Virus record (IMG/VR): IMGVR_UViG_3300047552_000689
Location: 1-56,432 of that record
Source of the DNA: a virus
Taxonomy: Duplodnaviria > Caudoviricetes
Strand: one strand, 5' to 3'
Length of the DNA: 56,432 nucleotides
Part shown: positions 15,335-26,212 of the stretch, in pieces
Layout of the letters: the number at the start of each line of letters is the position of its first letter
Numbering within the stretch: position 1 is the stretch's first letter
Position numbers and translations under genes: made by a program
Notes under the pieces: model-generated
What the model was told of the DNA's origin: nothing
The model's database searches: none
Seen by the model: the letters and a program-made list of their open reading frames with translations, nothing else

Positions 15335-18006
15335 TGTCGGTCAACCGTCTCATCATCGTCGCCTCCATCGAGGGCGTCGGCAATGTTGTCAAGCGAATCG
15401 GCGACATCGGGAACGCTGCCGCCGCCACCCAGCGGCAGACCGCGCTCCTCGGAAAGTCGCTGGGTGGGCTTGTCGCCGCTGTGGGAATCAGTGGCGTTGC
15501 CCGTCTGTCCGACGAGTTCACCAACCTGGAGAACAGGCTGCGCACTGTGACCACGAGCTCTGAGCAGCTCGGCGCGGTCTACAAGCAGCTCTTCCAGGTG
15601 GCCCAGGAGACGCGCTCCAGCTTCGACGCGACGGCCAAGCTGTTCCAGCGCGTGTCGCTCGCGAGCAAGCAGCTTGGCGGCACGACGCAGCAGAACATCC
15701 GCTTCACCGAGTTGCTGAACAAGGCGACGATCATCTCAGGTGCCTCGACCATCGAAGCCGAGGCCGCGCTCATCCAGCTCTCCCAGGGTATGGCCAAGGG
15801 AAAGCTGAACGGCGACGAACTTCGCTCCGTCCTCGAGCAGCTGCCGATCGTGGCCGACGCCATCGCTATGAAGATGGGCGTCACGCGCGGCGCTCTGCGC
15901 GATCTTGGCGCCGAGGGCCAGATCACGTCCAAGATCGTCTACGACGCGGTCCTCGCAATGAGTGAGTGGGACGCCATGTTCGCAAAGCTGAGCCCGACTA
16001 TGGCTCAGGGTCTCAACAACATCCGCAACGCCTTCGGCAACCTGCTGCGCGACATCAATCAAGTGACAGGTGTCTTTACCGCGATCGGAAATTCCATGCT
16101 GTTCGTCGCGGACAACATGAACATGCTCGCCACGATGCTTGGCGGCGCGGCGATCGTCGCCACGATTGGCTACTTCACCCAGCTCAAGGATGTGACACTC
16201 ACCCTGTCGACTGTCCTGAGTCGGCAGCTCGGCCCGGTCGCGATGCAGGTCGTCCGCAGCATGACGCAGATGCAGCTCGGCCTGCTCATCGTCCGCACCG
16301 CCTTCCTTCAAGCGGCCACCGCTGCAGCAACCTTCGTCCGGTCCAACCCGTTCACTGCCATCGGGGCGGCGCTGGTTGTGCTGCTTCCGCTCATGTATCA
16401 GTACGGCGACTCGATCAACCTTGTGAACCAGAACCAGGCTGGCATGGAGGGCAAGGTCTACACGCTCCGCATGCTGCTCGATCAGCTCGGCATCACCATC
16501 CAGCAGGCAGTCATCCCGATCATGCAGGGCCTGAGCCAGGCATTTCAGACGATCTGGACGCTGCTGCAGACGATGGCCGCGCCGATCTACGCCGCGCTCG
16601 AGGGCTGGCAGCTCATGGGTCAGAATCTGGTTGCGACGGGTGGTACAGTGTTCACGTTCACTGGCGCGCTCTACGCTCTCGCCGAGGGCTTCAGCTTCGC
16701 GCTGCAGACCGCCGTCCTCCCCTTCGGTCTGGCCGCCCAGTCCCTGGGGCAGATCATGTTCAATCTCGGCTGGATCACCGCCGAGTCGCTCAAGGTGATC
16801 AACGACAACACCCAGAGCATCGGCGAGTGGGCCAAGGCCGGACTCGACGCTGGTGAGCGCATCGCCGCATTTGATGAGAAGCTGGCCAAGCTGACCGAGG
16901 AGCTCGGCAAGAACAAGGTCAGTCTCGACGAGGCCAGTGCTGGACTCAGCGGCTACGGTGGAGCAGCAGACGACGCGGCCAACGCGACTGGCAATCTCGC
17001 CAGCAAGCTCAACACCGCCAACGCCTCTATCTGGGACTCGACCGCTGCAGGTCAGGCCCTGCGTGATGAGTTGTTCGGTGTCGGCGAGGGCGCTGGTGCC
17101 GCTGATGAGGCCTATGGTGGCTTCAACAGCACGCTGAATCAGTTCACTGGTATCGACGGTCAAGTCGCCAACGGACTCAACGGCATCGCCTCCGGCCTGG
17201 CAGGTGTCGCCAACGCGGCCAACTCCGCTGCCAACGCGGTCCGCAACTTCAACGCTGCCTCTAGCGGTGGTGGAGGCGGTGGTGGCAGTGGTCCGTCTTC
17301 CACCCCTCTGGGCGGCTTCGGCTTCAAGCTGAAGAGCATGACGGTCATCAGTGGCAAGACGGGCAAGCCGATCTCGGGCGCTCGCGCGAATGGTGGCCCC
17401 GTCAGCGCAGGCAAGACCTACCTCGTTGGTGAGAACGGCCCAGAGCTGTTCACGGCCAAGGAGGATGGTGACATCCACCCCTCGCTTGCCAATGACAACT
17501 GGTACAAGAATCTCAAGCGCAAGTATGACGAGGTCCAGAGCCAGATCAAGGCCTTCTGGGAAGGCCCAGGAAAGAACGGCGCGGTCGGCCCCTACGAGGT
17601 CGGCTCGATCATCGGTCTTCAGAACCGCCGCACTGACATCAAGGAAGATCTCGACGCGTATGTCGCTCGCAAGATGCGAGGCATTGAAGAGAAAGAGCGC
17701 AAGGCGCTCAGGCGCGAGTTCAAGAATGGCTTCCAGGACGATGGCATGATCAACGCCCCTGGCTTCGAGGACTACAACAAGCCCGCGCCAAAGATCGACT
17801 TCCAGACTCCCACCCCGTGGCAGAGCGGCAGCCCAATGCCTCTCCAGGGTGGCTCTGGATCAGGATCTGTTGGTGGTGGGGGAATGCAGATTGTCGTCAA
17901 TATTCAGACGGCTGATGTAGAGTCCTTCCGGCGCAATCGGGCGCAGGTCGAAGAGGATATCCGAGCGACCGTCGAGCGTGCGATGCGTCGCAAGAACCGG
18001 AGGTAG
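15334..18006 (+). CDS. tape measure protein
   Basis: 890 aa, Ala/Gly-rich; QLSQG..KGKLNGDELRSVLEQ tape-measure domain; C-terminal RANGGPV...YLVGENGPELF. Confidence 0.92.
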   Translation: MSVNRLIIVASIEGVGNVVKRIGDIGNAAAATQRQTALLGKSLGGLVAAVGISGVARLSDEFTNLENRLRTVTTSSEQLGAVYKQLFQVAQETRSSFDATAKLFQRVSLASKQLGGTTQQNIRFTELLNKATIISGASTIEAEAALIQLSQGMAKGKLNGDELRSVLEQLPIVADAIAMKMGVTRGALRDLGAEGQITSKIVYDAVLAMSEWDAMFAKLSPTMAQGLNNIRNAFGNLLRDINQVTGVFTAIGNSMLFVADNMNMLATMLGGAAIVATIGYFTQLKDVTLTLSTVLSRQLGPVAMQVVRSMTQMQLGLLIVRTAFLQAATAAATFVRSNPFTAIGAALVVLLPLMYQYGDSINLVNQNQAGMEGKVYTLRMLLDQLGITIQQAVIPIMQGLSQAFQTIWTLLQTMAAPIYAALEGWQLMGQNLVATGGTVFTFTGALYALAEGFSFALQTAVLPFGLAAQSLGQIMFNLGWITAESLKVINDNTQSIGEWAKAGLDAGERIAAFDEKLAKLTEELGKNKVSLDEASAGLSGYGGAADDAANATGNLASKLNTANASIWDSTAAGQALRDELFGVGEGAGAADEAYGGFNSTLNQFTGIDGQVANGLNGIASGLAGVANAANSAANAVRNFNAASSGGGGGGGSGPSSTPLGGFGFKLKSMTVISGKTGKPISGARANGGPVSAGKTYLVGENGPELFTAKEDGDIHPSLANDNWYKNLKRKYDEVQSQIKAFWEGPGKNGAVGPYEVGSIIGLQNRRTDIKEDLDAYVARKMRGIEEKERKALRREFKNGFQDDGMINAPGFEDYNKPAPKIDFQTPTPWQSGSPMPLQGGSGSGSVGGGGMQIVVNIQTADVESFRRNRAQVEEDIRATVERAMRRKNRR

Positions 18007-18008
18007 AA

Positions 18009-18608
18009 ATGATCATCGACAACGTCCGGCTGCCGATCGATGTTGAGCAGGGGGTCAAGGGTGGCCCCCAGTTCAACACGACCATCAACATGACCGATGG
18101 CGGCCACATCATCGCCAACCAGAATTGGGAATATCCACTGTATGTTGGGAATGTCGGCTATGGTATCCAGGATCGCGACGATCTTGAAGCGGTCATCGAG
18201 TTCTTCTATGCCCGACGCGGTCGACTGCGTGGCTTCCTCTTTCGAGACTGGTCTGACTACCAGTTCACGAATGAGAACCTCGGCACAGGAGACGGAGTCG
18301 AGCGCAACTTCCAGTGCATCCGCACCTACTCCGACACGGTCCTCCCATTTGTCCGTCCGCTAAAGTACCCGATCGAGAGCAGCATGACAGTCTACAACAA
18401 CGGGGTCGCAGTCAACGGCTCTCAGTGGTCGCTGCTCAGCACGGGCGAGGTTCGCTTCACCACGGCCCCAGCACTCGGCGAGGTTATCACTGCGACGGGC
18501 GAGTTCAACATCGCCGCGCGCTTCCTCACTGACACGCTCGAGATCGACATGCTGCTGTTCAGCACGGGCTCGATCCCGGCGATCCCCATCGCCGAGGTGC
18601 GCGAATGA
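18009..18608 (+). CDS. distal tail protein (DUF2460, GTA-like)
   Basis: GGPQFNT, FF.ARRG.L.GF.FRDW.DY, G.GDG...FQ motifs. Confidence 0.85.
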   Translation: MIIDNVRLPIDVEQGVKGGPQFNTTINMTDGGHIIANQNWEYPLYVGNVGYGIQDRDDLEAVIEFFYARRGRLRGFLFRDWSDYQFTNENLGTGDGVERNFQCIRTYSDTVLPFVRPLKYPIESSMTVYNNGVAVNGSQWSLLSTGEVRFTTAPALGEVITATGEFNIAARFLTDTLEIDMLLFSTGSIPAIPIAEVRE

Positions 18609-19459
18609 GGACGATCAACGGCACTCTTCAGACCCGCCTCGCCTCTGGGACCACGACGCTCTGCCACCTGACGCGAATCACGCGCCGGGACGGCACGATC
18701 TTGCGCCTTACAGACCACGACACAGATGTGGTCTTCAGCGGCAACACCTACTCGGCCGACAAGTCCGTCCGCATTGCTGGCATCACCTCGTCGACCAACA
18801 ACGGCATCCAGTCCACCAACTGCGACGTCTTGTTCACGACTGGTGGAATCACCGACGAGGACGTGGTGCGCGGACTCTATGATAACGCCACCGTCGAGTT
18901 CTCAATCGTCGACTACACCAACACCGCGCTCGGCGAGATCCTGCTGATGAAGGGGATCATCTCAGTCTTCTCCATCACGGATAAGGGGCTGGGCGACTTC
19001 GAGATCCGTGGCCTCCTCACGCGCGGTAACGCGCGAGTGGGCGAATACTACTCTGCTGAGTGTCGGGCCGATCTTGGTGACACTCGCTGCGGCGTCTCAC
19101 TGGCCAGCTATCAGGACACGGCGACCGTCTTCAGCGTCTCGACCTCGACCAGTTTCCTGGTCACCCCAGCGGGGAGTCCGGCCAATGGCTTCTACTCCTT
19201 CGGTCTGATCACCTTCACCTCGGGTGATAACAGTGGGCGCACGATGGAGATTCTGTCCCAGGCAGCGGAGAGTGGTAGGCAGCGAATCAAGCTGCCGCTC
19301 GCCTTCCCCTACAACCCTGCCCCTGGGGACACGCTGACCCTGACGGCGGGCTGCGACCATCGCAAGGAGACCTGCAAGACGAAGTTCAACAATCTCCTGA
19401 ATTTCCGTGGAGAGCCTTTCGTCCCCGGCCAGGACATCCTCAATGACCTCGATATCTAG
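18605..19459 (+). CDS. tail hub protein (DUF2163/BR0599, GTA-like)
   Basis: TDHD, CRADLGD.RC, AGCD....C..KFNN..NFRG.P.VPG motifs. Confidence 0.88.
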   Translation: MRTINGTLQTRLASGTTTLCHLTRITRRDGTILRLTDHDTDVVFSGNTYSADKSVRIAGITSSTNNGIQSTNCDVLFTTGGITDEDVVRGLYDNATVEFSIVDYTNTALGEILLMKGIISVFSITDKGLGDFEIRGLLTRGNARVGEYYSAECRADLGDTRCGVSLASYQDTATVFSVSTSTSFLVTPAGSPANGFYSFGLITFTSGDNSGRTMEILSQAAESGRQRIKLPLAFPYNPAPGDTLTLTAGCDHRKETCKTKFNNLLNFRGEPFVPGQDILNDLDI

Positions 19460-19871
19460 GCAGGCCATCGTCGACGAGGCCCGCTCCTATCTCGGCTGCC
19501 CCTTCAAGCATCGGGGCCGGACCCGGAATGGCATCGACTGCGTCGGCCTCCCCATTGCCATTGGCTGGTCCCTGGGGCTCCACAAGTACGAGGACGAGGT
19601 CGAGTACACTCGACAGTCTACCGGGCACGTCCTGCTAAAGCCCTTCCTCGAGCACTGCGAGCGCCTCTCGAACCCGGCTCTAGCTCAAGACGGGGACATC
19701 CTAATCCTGCGGGACCAACTCTTCCCGCACCACACGGCGATCCGGGCGAGCAACGGTGAGATGATCACCCTGATCCATGCTTGCGTCTGGAGAGGCCGAG
19801 TGGTAGAAGACGTGTTCACCGACGAGTATCGATCCAAGCTCGTCACCGTGTTCAAGTTCAGGAGCCTGTAG
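19443..19871 (+). CDS. NlpC/P60 tail-associated peptidase
   Basis: ARSYLGCPFKHRGR..NGIDCVGL, H...IHA. Confidence 0.85.
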   Translation: MTSISRQAIVDEARSYLGCPFKHRGRTRNGIDCVGLPIAIGWSLGLHKYEDEVEYTRQSTGHVLLKPFLEHCERLSNPALAQDGDILILRDQLFPHHTAIRASNGEMITLIHACVWRGRVVEDVFTDEYRSKLVTVFKFRSL

Positions 19872-19873
19872 CC

Positions 19874-22800
19874 GTGTCAGCGATCTCCGGTTTCACATGG
19901 AGCCTTCTCCGACAGGGCGGTGTGCTCACCGGGTCCAAGAAGCCTGGCACTGCAGCGCAGGCACTCCTTGACGCCAAGCTCGGTGGTCCACGTGGAAACG
20001 ACATTGTCTCCTACACTGTCATCGAGCCGCCGGATGATCGCTACTATCCGGGGTACAGCTACACCCAGGCGGATGGTGACGTCCGGACGGTCGGCCCGCG
20101 CCTGAAGGATCTGAACATCCCCTTCTCGCTCTACGGCCTGCCCATCCCGTTCACCTTCGGTGTGCGCCGCCTCTACGGGAACATGATCTGGGCGACTCCG
20201 CTCAAGGAGACGGTCAAGAAGAAAAAGAAGGGTGGCAAGGGCAACAAGAAGAAGTCCGAGCTCTACGAATACTTCGCCACCTTCGCAGTCGGCTTTGGCT
20301 ATCCTGGCTTCGGCTCTGCTGGCTCGCGCCAGATCCTGCGCATGTGGGCAGACGGCTCGTTGATCTATGATCGCCGCACCTTCGGCAAGACCAAGGTCGA
20401 GGGGTTGAGCTTCGTGTTCTACCCTGGCACAGAGACGCAGATGCCAGATCCGACGATCGAGGCGCGCGAGGGCTCGGGCAATGTCCCGCCCTATCGTGGC
20501 ATGATGTACGTGGTGCTCAAGGAGCTGCCTGTCGGCCCCTACGGCGACCGTCCGCCTGCGATCTCGATTGAAGTCGGCGACGTCACCTCGCCCACGACCA
20601 CTGTCAACAACATCCAGGCCTCGCTCTACAATGGCAGTCGCTCCATGACGCAGATCGTCGTGGACTGGGATCGCTACCAGGCCTACACGGTCGGCAACGG
20701 AGTGGTCCGCACCTTCGACCTGATCAACAACGTCGAGAGCAACGTCGTCGTCGCCAACCCCATCGGCATGGGTTGGGACACGAACGTGTCCACGATCACT
20801 GGCACTCCGCTCAACGTGATCGGGGTGGGCCTGACCAACGAGGACATGGGCTACATCCCATGGCTCAACAAGATCATCTGCGGTCCCCCTGGGGCTGGCT
20901 CCACGGCTGTTGGTCTCATGGACCCGGCCTCCGGCATTGTCACCCACTGGATCGGCGCGGACGGCCCCGTCACCAACGCGTCCTACCCGAACAACGAGGT
21001 GAGCGCCGCTGACAAGATGATCGATGGCACCAGTGCCTTCTACAGTGGCTACATCCCCGCTGGACGCCGCTACGCCTCGCAGATCTTCTACAACCTGTAC
21101 TGGACTGAGACGTTCATCTTCGTCCAGTCGACGGTCTACAACGACTTCGTGGTCCTGCATCTGCGTGGTAGGGACGACATCCTTGACATGCTCTACATCG
21201 CCAATGGCACCGTCTACGACGAGGTGGTCCCAGGGACGGTCGGTGTTGGCTACTCGGACGTCTACTACGTCTCCGGCAGCACCATCTATCGCAGCCGCCT
21301 AACCGCGCTCACCTTCCGCACCAAGGTCGGCAGCGAGAACACGCCCGGCGACTTTGCCATCACGTCCTGGAAGGTTATGCCCTCTGGGATCAACAACATC
21401 TGGTACTACGCGCCGGATGACGTGCTCTGTGTCCTGCTCGACAACGGCGACTTCTACAAGTATTCCTGCGTCGATGGCAGCGAGCTCCTCAACACCACGA
21501 TCACTGGCACGCTCCCCAGCGCGCACTACGTGAACAAGAATTGCAGCAACATCGGCTATGGGGCCGTCGCCTATGACGTGGGCAGCAACGTCCGCGAACT
21601 CGACCTGATCTTCGGCACGGTCGCCACGCTCACTGGTGGCAGTGGCTGGGCTGCAAGCGGAAACAAGTTCGACTCTGGCAGCCGCTCCATCGTCGGCATC
21701 GGCACGGGTGGCTCGGGCAGCAACGGCACCGGGCAGTCCCAGTCGATGGCGGACGCGGTCACGCGCTGCTTCTACGACCGCATCCAGAACGGGCGCATCC
21801 CGCTGGCAGACTTCCTCGAGGGCGTCGCGATCATGGCTGGCTACGACCCCAGTGAGATCGAGATCAGCTCCAACATCGACGACACGATCGACGGTGCCAT
21901 GATCCTGAACGTCACCACGTTCAACTCGATCATGGACCCTGTGTCCGCGCTCTACCGCTTCGACATCATCGAGTCTGGTGGCAAGATCAAGTTCATCCGG
22001 CAGGCACTCAGCGCCCCGGCAACCAACTTCACGATCGACGAGGGCGAGACGCTCATGTCGAGCGAGAACGCGATGGGCACGCCCACCTTCTCACTTCGTC
22101 GCGAGGAGGAGGCCGAGGTCCCGCAGAAGGTGTCGATCCGCTACCTCGACGCGGCGCTGTCTTTCAACTGGTCGATGCAGTTCAGCTCGCGCTCGCGCAC
22201 GATCACCACCAACGACTCGAACAACCAGATCACCTACGAGGTGCCGATCGTCATGACGGCATCCGAGGCCAAGGCGCTCTCCTACAAGGCGCTCTGGACC
22301 GCGTGGAACAGCCGCGTCGCATACAACTTCCGAGTCAGTCCCGAGTGGCTCAAGATTGAGCCGGGCGACATTGGGACAGTCACCGCTGTCGGTATCACCT
22401 ACACGGTTCGCGCTGTGCAGGTCACCTACAACAACGACTTCACCATCAGCGTCCAGGCGGTCGGCTGGCTCTCGGACGAGGCCGTCGACATCAGCGCGGA
22501 CGAGGGCGCGGGCTATCCCCAGACGATCCCGTACACGGTCGGCGCGGCTGCCTACATCCTCGACATCCCGCTGCTCCAGGAGACGGACGATCTCAACTAC
22601 GCTGGCCAGTTCCCAGTCTACGTGGTCCTCGGTGGTCTCACCCCTGGGTCTGACTGGCCGGGTGGCTCGATGTGGGCAGCCTACGACAGCCTCAACTTCG
22701 AGGAGGACGTGGGCAGCCAGACGGACAGCTATGTGGGCGTCGTCCCGACTGTGCCGACTGTGCCCGACTCCATCCTGGCTCGCGACGACTTGAACACCAT

Positions 22801-23719
22801 GACCGTCTACACCAAGGAGGGTGATGTCACCCTGCTGACCACAGCAAGCGAGCTCGAGGTTCTGAACGGGGCCAACTTCGCCGCCTATGGTGCGAACGGA
22901 CGGTGGGAGGTCATCCAGTTCGAGACCGTCACAGACAACGGCAACGGCTCCTACACGCTCTCTGGCATCTATCGTGGGCAGCGTGGCACCGACTACGCGG
23001 TTGACAACCATCGTCCCGGCGACACCTTCGTGCTGCTCGACTCCGACTGGCTAAACTACATCAGCTTCCCGCTCTCGGACGTGGAGCTCGGCTTCCGCTA
23101 CAAGGGCGTCGGCGTCGGCCAGGACCAGACGCTCATCCCGCCGCAGCTCGTCCAGCTCAATGGCTACGGCGCGCGCCCGTGGCCTCCAGTCAACATCCGG
23201 GCGACCCGGTCGCTCTCGGCCCTCACTGGCGACCTCACTCTCTTCTGGGAGAGGCGCTCGCGCACGAGCGGGAACCTGGTGGACGGCGGCGAGATCGCCC
23301 CGCTCGAGGCCACCGAGGCGAACGACTACCTCGTCTCGATCCGCCGCTGGGCCCACAAGGACTACGAGTGGAGTGGCTCGAACTGGGACGAGGTGACGGA
23401 CACCACCAACGACGTTGTCACCTTCGAGGTGACGGGCGCGACCGAGCTCGTCCTGACCGCCGCCCAGATCCGGACGGCCGAGCTCTACGAGTACGCCGAG
23501 CCTGACAACCCGGCCACCGAGGGCACCTCCTTCACCCAGGTGAGTGGAGACACGATCCCGGCCTCGGCGACTATCAACGAGCAGATCGCGGACTTGGGCT
23601 TTGGCGAGTTCGTACGGATGAAGTATCTCGAGATCATGGTGCAACAGAGGACGACCGTGCCCCACTCGAGTGGATATGGCCCCGGACGGTGGACAACCGT
23701 CCAGATAGAGGACACGTGA
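19874..23719 (+). CDS. central tail tip / host-specificity protein (GTA-like)
   Basis: YG.PIP..FG..R..GN.IW, PPYRG..Y.V, WEVIQF....L.G..RG.RGT motifs; GTG start after GGAG. Confidence 0.85.
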   Translation: MSAISGFTWSLLRQGGVLTGSKKPGTAAQALLDAKLGGPRGNDIVSYTVIEPPDDRYYPGYSYTQADGDVRTVGPRLKDLNIPFSLYGLPIPFTFGVRRLYGNMIWATPLKETVKKKKKGGKGNKKKSELYEYFATFAVGFGYPGFGSAGSRQILRMWADGSLIYDRRTFGKTKVEGLSFVFYPGTETQMPDPTIEAREGSGNVPPYRGMMYVVLKELPVGPYGDRPPAISIEVGDVTSPTTTVNNIQASLYNGSRSMTQIVVDWDRYQAYTVGNGVVRTFDLINNVESNVVVANPIGMGWDTNVSTITGTPLNVIGVGLTNEDMGYIPWLNKIICGPPGAGSTAVGLMDPASGIVTHWIGADGPVTNASYPNNEVSAADKMIDGTSAFYSGYIPAGRRYASQIFYNLYWTETFIFVQSTVYNDFVVLHLRGRDDILDMLYIANGTVYDEVVPGTVGVGYSDVYYVSGSTIYRSRLTALTFRTKVGSENTPGDFAITSWKVMPSGINNIWYYAPDDVLCVLLDNGDFYKYSCVDGSELLNTTITGTLPSAHYVNKNCSNIGYGAVAYDVGSNVRELDLIFGTVATLTGGSGWAASGNKFDSGSRSIVGIGTGGSGSNGTGQSQSMADAVTRCFYDRIQNGRIPLADFLEGVAIMAGYDPSEIEISSNIDDTIDGAMILNVTTFNSIMDPVSALYRFDIIESGGKIKFIRQALSAPATNFTIDEGETLMSSENAMGTPTFSLRREEEAEVPQKVSIRYLDAALSFNWSMQFSSRSRTITTNDSNNQITYEVPIVMTASEAKALSYKALWTAWNSRVAYNFRVSPEWLKIEPGDIGTVTAVGITYTVRAVQVTYNNDFTISVQAVGWLSDEAVDISADEGAGYPQTIPYTVGAAAYILDIPLLQETDDLNYAGQFPVYVVLGGLTPGSDWPGGSMWAAYDSLNFEEDVGSQTDSYVGVVPTVPTVPDSILARDDLNTMTVYTKEGDVTLLTTASELEVLNGANFAAYGANGRWEVIQFETVTDNGNGSYTLSGIYRGQRGTDYAVDNHRPGDTFVLLDSDWLNYISFPLSDVELGFRYKGVGVGQDQTLIPPQLVQLNGYGARPWPPVNIRATRSLSALTGDLTLFWERRSRTSGNLVDGGEIAPLEATEANDYLVSIRRWAHKDYEWSGSNWDEVTDTTNDVVTFEVTGATELVLTAAQIRTAELYEYAEPDNPATEGTSFTQVSGDTIPASATINEQIADLGFGEFVRMKYLEIMVQQRTTVPHSSGYGPGRWTTVQIEDT

Positions 23720-23720
23720 C

Positions 23721-25175
23721 ATGACTAATCACCTCGGCCGGACCGAGCTCAGCACGAATATGACCAACAAGGTCGCTGCAATCAACAACAGCGACGGCAT
23801 CCTCGACGCGGCCATCACCTCGGCGCTCACTTTCACGTGGGCGGGCGCTGAGACTCTCAAGACCGCGTCCACGGTCCAGACTCAGCAGAACGTCGCCTTC
23901 GTCTTCGCGGGCTCCACCTCGGGCAGCCCCAGCTTCAAGTTCGGCAACATCCAGCGTGGCATGGTCGTCGTCGTGAACGACATGGCCCAGAACGTCACGG
24001 TCTCGGACTACGCTGGCACCGACTCCTACGTCGCCCTCGCTGGGACCACCACGGTCCTCTACATCGAGGACGATCGCCTCGAGACCATCGTCACCTCCAA
24101 CTCCGTCCCAGAGGCGGCCAACGACGGCGCGCGCTACGTCCGGCAGAGCCTCGGCTGGTCCGACTCTGGCGGCCTGGTCACGGTCGAGACGGGCACCACC
24201 GACTCGCTCACCACGGCAGACGTCGACGACACGATCCAGTACACCAACGCGGGCGCGATCACGGTCACGATCCCGCTGAACTCGTCCCAGGCGATCCGGG
24301 TGGGTGGCACCATCCGCCTCATTCAAGGCCCCTCTGCAGGCGTCGTCACCGCCTCGCCGACTGGTGGCGTCACCCTCCTGGGTGCCACTGCGACCACTGG
24401 CGCGAACACGCAGCTCCTGCTCATCAAGCTGGACACCGACACGTGGCTCGGCGTGGCCGCCTCCGGCATCAGCGACGCGACCAACGACGGCAACATCTAC
24501 GCGCGCCAGAGCGCGACCTGGACTGACATCGGTCAAAAGGTCAACACGACCGCCTCCTCGTCGATCACGCTGGCGCTCACGGACCGCAACGACACGATCA
24601 CCTGCACTGCCTCTGGGGCCATCACCTGTCAGCTGCCCCAGAACAGCACGACTGCCTTCCCCGTGGGCACCTGGATCCGGTTCATCCTCGGCACGGCAGG
24701 CACCTCGCTCACGCTCTCGGCGGGCACGGGTGCGACCGTCCGCGGAACCAAGCTGGTGGCCAATCGTCCCGGCGAGGAGCTGTTCGCCCTCAAGACGGAC
24801 ACCAACACCTGGTATGTCTTCCACGCGGACACTGGTGGCCTCTACAACGTGAGCGGCTTCTTCACCGCCGCGCCTGTGGCCTCCGAGCTGCTGCTCAAGC
24901 ATGTGTTCAGCGAGACGGTCTACTTCCCGGACAACTTCGCTGGCTCGGTCGGCCACGTGGGGACCAACCCCGCAGCCACGTTCGACTGTGACGTCAAGAA
25001 GAACGGCTCGAGCATTGGCACAATCAGTGTCAGCACTGGCGGTGCTGTCACATTCACTACCTCCGGCTCTGGTGAGGAGAGCTTCGCCTCTGGCGATCGT
25101 ATAGAGATTGTCGCTCCGGCCACTCCAGATGCGAGCGTGCTCAACTTCAGTTGGACTCTCAAGGGACGTAAGTGA
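23721..25175 (+). CDS. tail fibre with two foldon-like repeats
   Basis: Thr/Ser/Gly-rich; VPEAANDGARYVRQ...W and ISDATNDGNIYARQ...W lie 121 aa apart. Confidence 0.7.
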   Translation: MTNHLGRTELSTNMTNKVAAINNSDGILDAAITSALTFTWAGAETLKTASTVQTQQNVAFVFAGSTSGSPSFKFGNIQRGMVVVVNDMAQNVTVSDYAGTDSYVALAGTTTVLYIEDDRLETIVTSNSVPEAANDGARYVRQSLGWSDSGGLVTVETGTTDSLTTADVDDTIQYTNAGAITVTIPLNSSQAIRVGGTIRLIQGPSAGVVTASPTGGVTLLGATATTGANTQLLLIKLDTDTWLGVAASGISDATNDGNIYARQSATWTDIGQKVNTTASSSITLALTDRNDTITCTASGAITCQLPQNSTTAFPVGTWIRFILGTAGTSLTLSAGTGATVRGTKLVANRPGEELFALKTDTNTWYVFHADTGGLYNVSGFFTAAPVASELLLKHVFSETVYFPDNFAGSVGHVGTNPAATFDCDVKKNGSSIGTISVSTGGAVTFTTSGSGEESFASGDRIEIVAPATPDASVLNFSWTLKGRK

Positions 25176-26212
25176 TGGGCATCGTCCACGCCATCAGCTT
25201 TGACGACATGACCGACAACGGGGCGGGCTACGCGCTCTACAACTTCACAGAGCTCACGACCTACGGCAACGTCCCCCGCGCCGCTGGTCGCTATGGAGGC
25301 TATGCCTTCAGCGCGGGCACCACTGGCACCATCGATCGCTCGCTCGAGCTGCCTGCCTTCTCCGAGTCGCTCGAGTGGAACATTGGCTTTGACTTCTACT
25401 ACGCCTCTGGCACTGAGACCGATCCGCGTGGCTTCTTCGACTTGCTTGATCACAACAGTGCCCGCATGTGTCGTCTCGCACTCGCGGCCGATGGCTCGCT
25501 CAAGTGGTATCGTGGCAATGGTGCGACTCTGATCGGCACGACCTCCACGCTGCTGTCCGCCGCGACCTGGTACTTCATTGAGATGCAGTTCCGCCTCAAC
25601 GACACCACTGGCTACATCCAGCTCAAGATCGACGACGTTCTTGATATCAACGTGACCGGGACGGACACGCTCGAGGCGGGCGTCGGCCTCCCCAGCTACT
25701 TCCTCCTGGGCAGCTTCGGCAGCGCCACGGGCCATCGTGAGAAGCGCATCGACAACCTGCTCATCCGCGACGACCTCACCTGGATGGGGCCGCTCAAGGC
25801 AGAGCCGCTCACTCTTACAGCTGACACTGCGGACAAGGATTTCCTGCGCTCGACTGGCTCGGACAACTACGCGCTCATCGACGAGACAGTGGTGAGCGAG
25901 ACCGACTACATCTACTCTGGGACCCCAGGCGACCTTGACCTGTACACGCTGTCCAACCTCTCGGACATCCCGGAGGACATCGCCTTTGTGCAGACCATGA
26001 CCATCGCTGAGATGACAACGGTGGGCACGCGCGTGATCCGATCCAAGATCAAGAGTGGCTCCTCTACAGCGGATGGCGATGAGTTCGGTGTGACTGACAG
26101 TGCCGACCCGTCTCCGATCTTCCAGCGGTTCACCACCGACCCGGCGACGGGTGTGGCCTGGACCAAGTCTGGCATCGATGGCATGACCGCCGGAGTTGAG
26201 GTGGTGCGATGA
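25175..26212 (+). CDS. virion protein, lectin-like beta-sandwich (paralog 1)
   Basis: SFDD N-terminus, WYFIE...G..QLKIDD, C-terminal DPATGVAWT. Confidence 0.6.
   Translation: MGIVHAISFDDMTDNGAGYALYNFTELTTYGNVPRAAGRYGGYAFSAGTTGTIDRSLELPAFSESLEWNIGFDFYYASGTETDPRGFFDLLDHNSARMCRLALAADGSLKWYRGNGATLIGTTSTLLSAATWYFIEMQFRLNDTTGYIQLKIDDVLDINVTGTDTLEAGVGLPSYFLLGSFGSATGHREKRIDNLLIRDDLTWMGPLKAEPLTLTADTADKDFLRSTGSDNYALIDETVVSETDYIYSGTPGDLDLYTLSNLSDIPEDIAFVQTMTIAEMTTVGTRVIRSKIKSGSSTADGDEFGVTDSADPSPIFQRFTTDPATGVAWTKSGIDGMTAGVEVVR

Noticed and set aside
17265-17292. GGY repeat tract as a contingency locus
   Set aside because: Mixed Gly codons encoding an ordinary linker (a similar one is at 7419-7448), not a pure slippage repeat
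19781-19873. Upstream extensions in the ORF track (also 29122, 32890, 34887, 38423, 39356, 48943)
   Set aside because: They overlap upstream genes; downstream starts with RBS or stop-start coupling fit better
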